A DNA stretch of 48,091 nt from Catajapyx aquilonaris. Lineage: Eukaryota. The stretch covers positions 1 to 48,091 of the forward strand of contig KZ538780.1 in the NCBI GenBank assembly GCA_000934665.2, written 5' to 3'. Positions 12,930 through 24,488 of the stretch are shown here, piece after piece. Both the position numbers and the translations under genes were made by a program. A model generated the notes under the pieces. It ran no database searches and was not told the origin of the DNA. It worked only from the letters and a program-made list of their open reading frames with translations. Position 1 is the first letter of the stretch; every line of letters starts with the position of its first letter.

Positions 12930-12930
12930 A
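12870..12930. repeat. (TAC)n microsatellite
   Basis: Direct inspection. Confidence 0.97.
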
Positions 12931-13478
12931 TTGTCTAGTTATAAGTGGTAGCATTTAATGTACAACACGATCTAGCAGGTTTACTGTATTATTATGTGTA
13001 GGACGCTGCACTGTGTTCAAGTCATCGGAAGGAGAAAAAAATGTGGCCGGATTATTTACTCTAGACTCTAGACTTCTAGAGAAACAATGTAAAAAATTAA
13101 CTCTTTGGAAGCAACAATCAAAACCACTTTCATTTGTTGGAATTTCTGCTTCTCTTTAAACTCGTTCTTGGGTGAAGCAATCCGCCTCTTCACATGCCCG
13201 CTTCTTAAATGGACACTCCACTCAAAATGCAAGTTGGACTCTAAAAATCGGGCAAAAAATCCTGATTCTGAAGGTGCAATCGGGGGTTTTTTTTTTCTAC
13301 GCGGAACGGAAAAGCCAGGACGAGGCGTTGAAGTCTCAGAATTTGCGTCGTCTGCTAGTGAGATGCCCCTCCAGTCCAGTCCGCCACCGCCGCCGCCACC
13401 TGGTTTAGGGTTGTAAGTTGGGTCGGGTCGGAGGTGGCTGGATGAAGCTGTGGCACGGACCAAAGATGGCGTGGACCA

Positions 13479-13529
13479 GTACTCGCTTCGGCGATACATA
13501 TACCAAAATTGGAACGATACAGAGAAGAT
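13479..13529 (+). pseudogene. U6: 3'-truncated U6 snRNA retro-fragment (U6 nt 1-51)
   Basis: GTACTCGCTTCGGCGATACATATACCAAAATTGGAACGATACAGAGAAGAT, 46/51 identical to canonical U6 as I recall it, including the ACAGAGA box; flanked by direct repeat AAGATGGCGTGGACCA (13463-13478, 13525-13540). Confidence 0.93.
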
Positions 13530-13666
13530 GGCGTGGACCAAAGACCGCGCAACCTGAGGCCAATTTCTGCCAAGTCCCGGTGGAGGCGCTGCTGTTTTGC
13601 TGCAGATACGAATTGCCGAATTTTGACGGCTCGCCCTGGCCTTACCGTTCGTCTCTCACTCTGAAT

Positions 13667-13923
13667 CAGTAGCGGATCCAGCGATTTTTTCTAGGGGGGG
13701 CGCAGGGCCCGCCGCAGGCGAAATTTTTTTTGGTTCAAACCCTTCCTCGCGACCCCAAATTTGGGGCAAAAAGGAAAAGAACCCATAGAACAGTGCAATT
13801 TTGCACTGTTCTAGAGGATTTTTCTGAGTTTTCCCCCCCGTTTTTTTATTTTCTTCCGTTTTTTTCCCCAGCTGGGGGAGCCATAGGGGGGGGGGGCGAA
13901 GGGCCGATCGCCCCCCCCCCCTG
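13667..13923. mobile_element. hAT-type MITE nested in the right arm of the foldback element
   Basis: CAG...CTG ends; 8-bp TSD CTCTGAAT / CTCGGAAT (7/8); shares gcccgcc(g/a)caggcgaaattttttt with 34773-35002. Confidence 0.72.
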
Positions 13924-14569
13924 CTCGGAATCAGGATTATTTTTGCCCGATTTTTAGAGCCCAACTTGCATTTTGAGTGGGGTGTCCCTTGGCAGTGCAC
14001 CATTCTAGATATACGTCGTTGTCAGTGAAGAAAAGGGACAATCTTAAATACTCACGTATACTTCACTTCATAATTCACTATATGACTGTGAAACTCACTT
14101 CAAGTCTCTGTCAAAAGTATCCGGTATATAGTATAGTTTAACATGTGGTGGTGCGTACCTCGATCGATAAGTAATTTTAAATCCGATATAGATATAAAGT
14201 GTGATGATTTATTGCTGTGCTGTATAGAATATTACGCATAACGGTAGGGCTACAGTACAAGTCATACAAGTTTGTTATATGCCTATCCGAAATGTGTTAC
14301 AGGAAAGAAGGAGACTAACAGTACACATGGCAAGGACGGCTCAAAAATAATAGTCTCATTGACATACTTTCCAATACATCTTTAAAGGCCTTCCCTTTAA
14401 TCTAGCTAATTTATCTGCTGAAGGCATGAAACAAAACTACCAGTTACCCACGTCCGTTCAAGTTGGCCCATATTATGCTCCACTAATATGAGCTACTGTC
14501 CTGTAGGAGTATTACAACTTTTTATATCGACAAAAATGATCCTTGTGTTTAATAGCGAGTTTCTTTCAG

Positions 14570-14683
14570 ACGATGATGACGATGGCGAAGGGGAAGAAGA
14601 GAAGATGCCTTCCTGCGGAGATTACGTCATGCATTTCGTCACATTGTTCTGGAAAATCCTCTTCGCATTTGTCCCGCCCACAG
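14570..14683 (+). CDS. Calx: NCX exon, acidic stretch and PSC..YVMHF amphipathic helix
   Basis: ctttcag acceptor, gtacgt donor; DDDDDGEGEEEKMPSCGDYVMHFVTLFWKILFAFVPPT. Confidence 0.96.
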
Positions 14684-15098
14684 GTACGTTGCTTTTTCTT
14701 GTTAATCTAACTTAGCAGAGTATATTAATGTAATGAGTACAAATTTTGCTCATGACTGGATTACTCTTCAACCGCAAGATTTTGCTAAATTATTACGATG
14801 GAGTATTATTGCCATTATGGAATAGCCCGAAATGCAAGAGTTGGGGAACATCCGTATCCCTTTTCAAGCAGGTGCATGTATCATCATTAGGAGCCTCCCA
14901 GTGAACATTGCCTCCAGCGGACGAATCATTATTTACCAGTTAGAACTCGGATAATAATGCACTGGCCAATATTGTATAATTCATGAAAGGTTTTATACTT
15001 TATTGACTGAATGAAAATTTGGTGACGCTCTAGGTATCGTATCTTTTTATGATGTTCATTTTAAATACTATTTTTTCCCTTTCTGTTACCGGTGCCAG

Positions 15099-15257
15099 AT
15101 ATATTGGACGGTTACGTGTCTTTTGTTGTATCCATCCTCTGTATCGGACTCCTGACAGCTGTAATAGGAGACCTGGCATCTCACATGGGTTGTACCATAG
15201 GACTCAGAGACACTGTCACTGCCATTGCCTTTGTAGCCTTGGGTACGAGCGTACCAG
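15099..15257 (+). CDS. Calx: NCX exon, TM6 to start of alpha-2 repeat, variant A (putative mutually exclusive exon)
   Basis: 159 nt, phase 1-1, gtgccag acceptor, gtaggg donor; DILDGYVSFVVSILCIGLLTAVIGDLASHMGCTIGLRDTVTAIAFVALGTSVP. Confidence 0.93.
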
Positions 15258-15658
15258 GTAGGGCAGAAATTGTGCAACGGTTGCCTGTGTCGCTTGAACT
15301 GTTTTGTGAAGTGCCAATGGAGCCTGGATAGTTTGAAATTAACCTACTATGGTGCATTTTGATTGTAACTACTCTTAACTTGTCTTCCTCTACTGTCATA
15401 ACCTTCCTAATGGTCCCCCTAAAGTGGCTTCCCACTGTCGTAGCCAGTGAAATTCCACTGGTGTCGCCGCCCAAACATTTCACCTTAAAATGACCTCCCA
15501 CTGTCACGACATCACGGACGTTTCGAGTGCTGGCGCCCAATTACGACCGTCCAAACTTTGTCCCTTTAAAAAGAATCATGGTCGTCAAAACAGTCGGTCT
15601 TAAAAAGAAATTCCCAGTTACTAAAACAGTGTTGTGCTCCTCTTCTCTTCACTACTAG

Positions 15659-15817
15659 ATCGTCTGGGAGGTTGGTTGTCTTTCATAGTGTCCATTACGT
15701 GGATAGGCATCCTAACAGCCGTAATAGGCGACGTTGCCGGCCATTTTGGATGCACGCTGGGAATTAAGGACAGTGTAACCGCCATTTCTGTCGTAGCATT
15801 AGGGACCAGCGTTCCAG
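15659..15817 (+). CDS. Calx: NCX exon, TM6 to start of alpha-2 repeat, variant B (putative mutually exclusive exon)
   Basis: 159 nt, phase 1-1, pyrimidine tract + ctag acceptor, gtaatt donor; DRLGGWLSFIVSITWIGILTAVIGDVAGHFGCTLGIKDSVTAISVVALGTSVP. Confidence 0.9.
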
Positions 15818-16557
15818 GTAATTCAATCTCGCATCGAATAGGCTTTGCAATCCATTTGCCACTCTTCTTTTTATATTTGTTCTATCCCAGAAGATTGGAA
15901 CGGACAGTTGTCGAGTGCAATGATATGTACAGGAATCGCAGGGATAGCATCCTTCGGGAACTGAAAAATTCAATTCGCGATTATCTCCCGATTGTCAGTT
16001 TCCATATTCAGATATATTACAATAGGTGAAAATTATATTGTGTGCCTTGTCATTAATGAGACACCAGAGTAATTGTATGAGTTTTTTCTCAGTTTAATTC
16101 CCAATGTAGTCTACTAATTCAGAAAACTCATGGATATAAAACATTATTTGACTACCTTTGAATGTAGATTGAAAAAAAAAGTTCTGCATAATTGCCGCTA
16201 AATTTTTAGAAACATCCAGCGTGAACACTCATTCTTTCTGATTACGCCACTTGATTGCGTGAGAAGTAATGTAATTACTAGTGATTGCATTGTTCGAATC
16301 ATATATATACAGCAGGGTGGCATCAAGAACAAAACTTTGAATCGCGCTCTAGATTTCTCTCCTAGTTGTATCAACCTAGTGTAGTGTAATTAGTTGGACA
16401 GGGTTTTCTCGAGGCAGCACAACATAATAACCTGCGTGGCTCAAGTGTAAGTCTTCCAATTCTCTGAAGACACACTTCTCTCCCACGGAAGACTGGCGTC
16501 GCCAACTAAGGTCACCTGAGGTGAAATCTACAGTGAAAGCCGTAACTGTCACGTACC

Positions 16558-16694
16558 GTCAAAAAACCGCTTTGGCCAGACATATCCTGACCCTATACAA
16601 CCATCAGTATTCTAATGTTTTTCTCGTAGTATTTTAGTGGTAGTGTGCAATGGTTGTATAGTGTCAGAATAATCTAGGTAAAGCTCTTTTTGAC
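16558..16694. repeat. Imperfect inverted repeat in NCX intron
   Basis: gtcaaaaaaccgcttt...ctgaccctatacaaccat pairs with atggttgtatagtgtcag...aaagctctttttgac; arms about 46 bp. Confidence 0.7.
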
Positions 16695-17074
16695 AGCATC
16701 TTTATGAACTTATATTGTGAGCATACATCTCGTTTGCTGTTAACACGATGCATATTGATATCACAAATTAACTGTTACGCGATTAGATCAGGATTGTCTA
16801 ACCATCTAATAGCCGTTTGTCACTTATTCGTACATGAACAAGACAACTATCCTTTCCGCGGCTCTTTTTGCATGATTTGTGTGGCTTCTCGTTTGGACTG
16901 CTTTAAGTGTAACGTTACTCAGTCTCATCACGTAGCGTAATAGTTTGTGTGTCCCCATTGCCCATGCAAGTTCCTGAGCACTGTGTTTGGAATGCTTAAT
17001 AGTATGGTTCATGTGCACCCTGTGTTCTCTCAGAGTCTTGTGAGTTTGATTCTGATCCAGAACATGTGTTTCAG

Positions 17075-17246
17075 ATACGTTCGCCAGCAAGGTGGCTGCA
17101 GTGCAAGATAAATATGCCGACGCTTCAGTAGGAAACGTGACGGGTAGTAACGCTGTCAATGTGTTTTTGGGCATTGGCATCGCCTGGTCCATAGCCGCCA
17201 TTTACCACGCCTTAGATGGAAGAGACTTCGAGGTCAATCCGGGAAG
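17075..17246 (+). CDS. Calx: NCX exon, alpha-2 repeat (TM7-TM8)
   Basis: tttcag acceptor, gtaagt donor; DTFASKVAAVQDKYADASVGNVTGSNAVNVFLGIGIAWSIAAIYHALDGRDFEVNPG. Confidence 0.97.
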
Positions 17247-17407
17247 GTAAGTCACTATTTACGTACTTTCTTCTTTTTTGAATTACCATAACACGAGCAG
17301 AATACGACTATATTCTCACTACTAAAGGCACTTTAAATGGGCTGTTTTGCTGCAGAAAAATAAAAATATTGCTACAATGCCTTGAATTCCACAGAAAGAC
17401 ATTACAC

Positions 17408-17626
17408 AAGATGGTTCACTATCGATTCCCGAGATAAGGAGGAAAGTTGGTGGGGAATTTGTGGATTATTGACCCCCAGCAGCCAGATTAAAAAGAATCA
17501 ACAATTGGGGCTGCATTCCTCTGTCGTCATTGTTGCCTCTTTCTAATCTGGTTGCTGGAGTAAATAGTCCGGAACCTTCTCCCCAACCTCCTGCTTTAAC
17601 TGCAATTTGGGTGGTGCATCACCTTT
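17408..17626. repeat. Degenerate long inverted repeat in NCX intron
   Basis: ccagcagccagattaaaaagaatcaacaat pairs with attgttgcctctttctaatctggttgctgg; weaker pairing extends outward. Confidence 0.6.
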
Positions 17627-19067
17627 TATACGATACTGTCGGTCAAATAAGAATGCCTACACTCATCCTTTAATATATCCTGCGAGTTCCACTACCTATC
17701 GCACATTCCCCTCATGCAAAGCGTGTGTCACAGGTTGTTGCACTTACAGGATATAGGCGAAAGAACGGATACCAGCTATCATATTTTTGGCCTACTACGT
17801 ACTGTACAGGAATGACATCTACTGGACAGAAAAATATTTTCAATGGAGAGTGGGTATGGTGTCACTAAAGTTCCAAGCCGTTACATTGCTATTTGCTGAT
17901 ACATACCTAGCAACAGATCTAGGTGCATTATTTGGTGCATTTGCATTAGGGAAGAGGATGATCAGAAAATACGCTTCGAGACGAGCTTTCAGTCGCTGAC
18001 CCAGACGAATCCGTTTATAACTTGTATACAGGGGCGCCTTATCAACGTGCTATTCCCAAGCGGGGTCAATTGGGACCTGATAAGCGAAAAAAATCAGCAT
18101 CTGAATTGTGAAACAAAGTTGAGTGTTGCGCGTGTGAGAATATTCTAGCTCCAGTAATCTGATGAATCCGGATGAAAAAAACACTAAACCTTATTGCACA
18201 ATGCTGCGGCTTTTTTGCTGAGCAGGACAGTTCACACGTGGAATGTTTCTAAAAGCACCTATCGCCCTCTCGTTTTTTTGAAATGCCGAGTACGTTGACC
18301 TGCCTCTCTCATTGCGACACATAGTCATATTCATAAAATATGTTGCTAGTCAGTTATTCTCCTGGTAAGGGCGGCATAAACCATAAAGTGGCATAGAGTA
18401 AAAAGTTCAAAGGTCCTAATTATTGTTGAGCACCAAAATGGGAACACAACAAAAATGTGGGTAGGAATATGCGAACGGGTCATTAAAGTGCTGTGTTAGG
18501 GTTTAATAGCAATAAAATGACGATGCTGACAAGTAATTAAAGCGGCTAGAATAGTTTGGGGATAAATTATAGCTTGAGCTAAAAGTACTGGCGACACGGT
18601 TGTCTGTCGGGCATGTAAAGTGACGTCACAATTCATATTCGGTCATATTCCACACCATAATACCTTCCCCTTTATCCCTGGTCTAACTTTTCTATCCCAT
18701 GGAACTAATTCTGTGCTTCTGAATTAGACTTTTCTGTAGATCCGCCTATTCACGCAGGGATATAAAGTAAGACTCTTCTGTGCTACTCCGTGTTTTTGAA
18801 TTTGACCAAAAAATTCCAGCTGCCAACAAATGAGCACTAAACTAGAAGCAAAATAGTCTAGTTTTGGAAAGGGCCTTTCAAACGAGTCTGGGCAGGTCGT
18901 ATTCTAGATCGTTGCTAATAGTATAAACGTACAGTACCATGTCACATCTCGAAAACGTTTAAACTGCTATCTACAGACCGCGTATTATAGCACAGCATGA
19001 ATCCACCTAACGAGATATGACAGGTGACACAAGTTTCCAAAGGTGAAAAATGTACTGTTCCTTTCAG

Positions 19068-19272
19068 CCTTGCCTTCTCCGTGACCATCTTCTGCAGCAT
19101 AGGCTTGGTAGCCATCTTTGTCCTTCTGCTCCGCCGAAGCAAGAGGGTAGGTGGCGAACTGGGCGGCCCACTGAAGTACAAGTTGGCTACCAGCATCCTC
19201 TTCGTCAGCCTGTGGTTCTTTTACATCATCATGTCCAGTCTGGAAGCGTACGGCGTCATCAAAGGCTTTTAA
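19068..19272 (+). CDS. Calx: NCX terminal coding exon (TM9-TM10, stop)
   Basis: ctttcag acceptor; SLAFSVTIFC...RRSKRVGGELGGP...YIIMSSLEAYGVIKGF-TAA, canonical NCX C-terminus; frame is open across all seven exons using either A or B. Confidence 0.97.
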
Positions 19273-22200
19273 ATGAGGATATATGATACGAATTTTATAT
19301 CTGACAGGCTTGTGCAACCCTCAAGTTGCAAACAACCGTGGCTGCCAGCCACAGGATTCCCTATGATGAATCATCCAGAACGATAGTCAACAATCCCCAG
19401 GTCCCCCCTCCCCCTCCATGGCCCCACCTACCTATTCCTGTCCCAAAAACTGTGGAAAAATGTATTGTGGTGCTAAATAATATCCAAAGTCCTTCACATG
19501 GATTGTTTCGGAAAGCTGGTGACAGTCTTTGGAAAAACAAAGACTGTCAGCTGTCAAAGTGCGTTCCATCCATGACACCCTTTCTTCGGTGCCAAACCGT
19601 AAATAAATAAATACATAAATAAATAAATAATTAATATATGAAGATATTTAAAAATAAATATATATATACATATACATACATCCAAACCTCAATATCGTTC
19701 TTAAGACCGACCAATGGATGACAAATGGGGACAACAATAATAAGACGGAGAAAATATTATTGACACATCCTCAGGAAACTTTAATGTATAAGATAATAGA
19801 TATCAAACGGATGGATACTCCACTTATGCAAGTTTGTACAGGGAGAAGAGGGTGACTGTGTCAGGGTTTGGAATTTCCTCTCAACCAGACGGACGTGTTA
19901 CTTTTTTCTTTTTTCTTTTTTTCTTTCCTTTCTGGTGGGAAAAGCCACCACCGACACTTTGGTGACAATATACGAGTGTATCCTTCGTGCATGCAGAATC
20001 TTCACGCAAGTTGAGTCAAATTTCCCAACGTGTACACCAGTTTTTTGAGGAATTCTTTATATACGAGAAATGTAGGCCTGTGAGGGAGGTGTTCAACAAT
20101 GAAAGAAAACCACTAAAAGGTGTCTTGTGTACCCATGTATAGCAAAACCCTTTGTAGTGAATGTGCACCGTAATTTCAGAGGGAAATGTGTCGTGAATAG
20201 TAATTTATTGCTACTTTATGCCAATCAGCTTTGAAACTTTGCTATCGATTCTATTTGTAGGCTGGTATTGTGTCAGACATTTTACTCTCCATAATAATAA
20301 TAATATTATTTTCCAGTCTGAATTATGTAGCATCTAAACTCGAAGCAGTGTTGAAACAAGACTTTCTGCCCGTGGTACACATGTAAAGAGTCCCTCTGAT
20401 ATTAACGTGTGGTGTTGTCGACGTGAACCTGGAGTCTTCGACGTTCCTCTACAAAATGACCACCTCAACTAGCCTGCTGCGTCTTCTTCAATCAGACAAT
20501 TCACGTTAACATCATGGAATGCAACGTTTAATGTCGTAGTTAAGAAACCAAATGTATAACAGCTGCATATATATTACCATATTCACCAAGTCTAACGTAA
20601 CAATACTATAAATGATGAACAGAAAACAAGCAGGCAGCATATGTGTTAGTTAGAGCTGCTTCTGCTGTGTTATATATATGTAAATGATGTTACGATGGGC
20701 CTGGTGACGTCGCATTGTGTGAAGCGGCCGAACCAGCTTTATTTGTACAGTATGTGTAAATTAGCTACAACACATTGCATTCTTCACTTTATTATAAACG
20801 AGTCCTGCTTGGAGAAGAAAGGGTTGGCTAATTTGAGGTATCCTGTCCCTCTACCCTGTGTTTTGTCATGTCTCTTTTTCTCTCTCTCGTCTCGTTGTTT
20901 CTATTAATAATATTCTACACTTAAAAAATATGCCATCTATAACTTCCTCTTTTTTTCTCTCGTGAATCCATAAAGAAACGGAAACAAGTGTTATCAATAA
21001 ATGTGGCTTCCCATAATATGTTTGGGAGCTTAAAATGCATGTTTTGTATATATTGTGCACGACAGAAAAGAGACAGTATTCTTAAATACTGCGTAACGTA
21101 TATCATACAATAACAAGTTCTCATTTGATGGATATTTTTCCTACAATCAAACAAAAAACGCTACATTACTGCAAACATGTGGATCTTGGAAAATCTCCCC
21201 TCCACGAAAAAAAACTCATATATCATTGTAATGACATGCATAATCATCATTCTTGTTGTATAGTCCTTTCTGTGTGGAAGTGAACTATACCAATCGTATA
21301 GCAACGCTATACTGTTTCTTTTTTTCGAGCAGACCTTTTTAGTATGACGAAATCATCATTCCACTCGTCTCCAACATTTTTTTGTCGTTGTTTTTCGTCC
21401 TCTCCCAAACTTCCCGAGACCACCGCGTGATATAAGTTATACTTATTCGTGTGTATTGGTATTCAGAAAGGCGCTATTCGCGGCTCCTTAGTTTTGGAAA
21501 AAAAAATGCAAGTAGTTGCTTTTTCATTGCCTCTCCTACCTTACCCAATTCCAAGACTCTTATTTATGTCATTTTATCTCCTGGCCTACGTTTGATCCCT
21601 TTAATTTTTCTTTTTGTCTTACCAACTTGCCAGAGTTTTAGACGAGTTCACACTTTCATTTTCACCTTTTCGCACTTGATTTTCATTTCGTTGCTGTTTT
21701 TTGTATACCGCATTATGTGCATTTCCCCGTCATTTGTGGAATTAATCATGATCATCTTGTGGATTGTTTTTTTATTATGATTTTTTCCTTTTTCTCTTTT
21801 TGTTACGTTGTTCCCGATATTTTCATTGCATACACAGTTCACAAGACGTCACTTTTTGTTGACTGCCTACAAACCTTTGGGATAATGGAGAAAATAGACG
21901 GTTTTCCATGTCCATGTGAAGAGGGCGTATTTCTAAAACCTACAATATCAACTTTTCTATTTTATAAGAAAATTTCAATATCAACAGAGAGCTTCTCCAT
22001 GTCAATTGGTATGCCCTGTACAGTACATTTCAGACTTCAAAATTATCACCTATCTATTACTAAAAAGTAGAGATATTTCCATTTAGCAGCCGAGATACGA
22101 CTTCCCGGGAAAATGTCTATCTCTCCTGAACACACCTAAAATGTATTGGTAGGTGTTGGAAATAAGCTATTACTGTGTGGCTAACATTTATGCTGAGAAA

Positions 22201-22799
22201 TTAAGTTATTTCTGTCCCTTGTTATTTAACGTATCATGACGCGCTTCCTACGCCATGAAGGCTTCACCCAACACAGGGAAAACTGACCGCTTCCTTGCGC
22301 ATATCGGCAGGTGCTTCACTACTGCTTTACGTATTGTAGAGCTTATTTACGATTATTGCAAACCCAGTAATTGACTCCACACCCTTTGCACGACACACTG
22401 TGCATACCTCTCCCGTAAGCATTGTTGTCCTATCTCTTTTATTTCTTCGAAATTATGAAGACTCCTTTTGTCTTATACCCCTTATCCCCAAGCCCCTTTC
22501 GTAAATCTGCTTATGACCTTGTAGGAAGAGAGTTTCGCAATACGTATTGAAGCTGTGAAGCAGCTTTTGGCCGCTATCCATATTGCTTACCTGTACTCAG
22601 TAGTCCACATTGATTGCTCGCTTTCGTGACTGAACTCAGTTGACCATTACGACGTCTCTCTTCACAGACGTCGACGATTAGATACCATTGTCTTTTTTTA
22701 AAAAGTATTGCTCTGTGTTAACATATTGAGATTGGCCTCTGCTGAAGGCTTATAAGTTCAACATCACCTACCTCCCCTTCCTCATTCCCTTAAAAATGA

Positions 22800-22871
<72 letters not shown>

Positions 22872-24240
22872 CCCTGTTGCATTGTAATTCTTTTTTTCTC
22901 TGGTTCATTGTCACTTTTCTGCTATCCCTGTATAGACAGTCGTGTAAACTACCCGTTGTATATAACAATGTTATTTATTTAAAATAATAATAATCATGAT
23001 GATAATAAAATAATAATTAGACATACATTCTGATCAAATGGCTATGTATATGCATTAAGAGAGGTCAGGATGGGGTTTTTCCTTTAATGTGGATGGAAGT
23101 TGATCCAAGTTGTTTCGCTTTTTGGCTTGTAAACGCTGAAGGCACGCTGGTTTTTTCATACAGCAATAATTTTATTTTTCTAATATAGGCTCTAAAAACA
23201 TTTCAAACAAAATCGAATCTAATATTGGTAGCTTTTCTATCGACCAAAAAGTATATTATATCTCTTCCTACCCGAATCTTGCCTTTAACAGGGGCCATCC
23301 TTTTTGCAAAATTTTTGCGTGTAATCGGCAGAATATCACAGGGTGGTCCATAACTCCGAATCTTACAGTGACATACCGTACCTTATAAGAGCTCGTGAAA
23401 CTCACGCAGAAACGGCAGCACGATATTCATTTTAAAAAAATAGGGTGATGACCTTCACCATCTCTTGCATTTGTTGCTATTTTAGTAAATACTGCTTATT
23501 ATTATGCTCATAGAAACTATTCACACAGCAGTGGGTTCTAAAATATCAGCAGATAGGAAGATCCTATCATATTAATCAACCTTAGTAGCTTCGAGGATCG
23601 GATTTTTGGACCAACCTGTGTCTTAGACAGTGAGGGTAACAGTAACAAATATTAAAATTTGTTCATGGTACGGTATAGAAGACATGTCAAAAAAAGCAGC
23701 AATCAGTCTTCCCAAATGCAACAGGCTGGGGTATCGCAGAAATTTCAAACTGTCCACTCCCACTTCACGTCCATTTTTGTTTCGCTATTGCATATCGTCC
23801 TTTCCACATAGGCAAAATATCTTATGAAAAACGGTGTTCCCTCCAAGCTCCAGAACGTGTCAGCGTATTGTAGCATTTTTGTAAGGCAATACCAAAGAGT
23901 CAAGAAAAAAATATATATATGATCGATATGATGATGCAATGCAGGTATTGACCAAAATTAATTCTTTTCAAACTCTCCTAATAAATTTTCTTCACTTTGA
24001 CTCAAGAAAAAAAGAAGGTCGCCACATAACTGGTCAGAGGATCCCTCTCCTTCCTCCTCCTTTCCTCATTCCCCTCCCTCCCGACTTATTGCGCCTCTGC
24101 ATACTCAGCAGGTGCCAGTGATCACGTGACCGATTACAGAATGTGAGATGAAGCTGTTTTTCTTTTTATATCATGCATATAAGCCAGCTTGTGATAAGCT
24201 GAAAGGTGGAATAAAGTGAAAAGTTATGAAATGTGTATGT
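19273..24240 (+). other. Putative long 3' UTR of the NCX gene
   Basis: AT/U-rich stretch with no recognisable transposon; AATAAA at 24210-24215 followed by GT/T-rich sequence; earlier AATAAA near 19602 and 20996 could be used instead. Confidence 0.35.
22801..22871. repeat. (ATT)n microsatellite
   Basis: Direct inspection. Confidence 0.97.
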
Positions 24241-24488
24241 TCATTTTTATAATATTTAATTCCTCGTAGGGAATGTTCACCTCTGTGCTTGAGATGCAAA
24301 TATATGCTGCAAATGACATGTTTAAAAAGATAAGTTCATAACATCGTTTCCACTCCTTATTCGGATAAAAATATATCTTATGCGAAAATAATTCTGCAAT
24401 AATTTTGCATAACGCAAGTTAGCCTTAAATTACTGTAATCTTCAGTATGACACCTAAATCCTCTTGAGCTCTTGAAAAATGCTCATAA

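Larger units (their letters stand above)
13209..13989. mobile_element. Foldback non-autonomous DNA transposon (possibly TTAA/Kolobok type) hosting nested insertions
   Basis: About 60-bp TIR ggacac(t/c)ccactcaaaatgcaagttgg...tcctgatt at 13211-13271 and 13925-13987; inner arms 13304-13355 / 13600-13650; TTAA only on the left. Confidence 0.82.

Noticed and set aside
13479..13529. Functional U6 gene
   Set aside because: Lacks the 3' half and poly-T terminator, has no evident promoter, and is bounded by a target-site duplication
15659..15817. Exon B as part of a second NCX gene or an assembly duplication
   Set aside because: Only this exon is duplicated, the flanking introns are unrelated, and the copies differ at 17/53 residues and many synonymous sites
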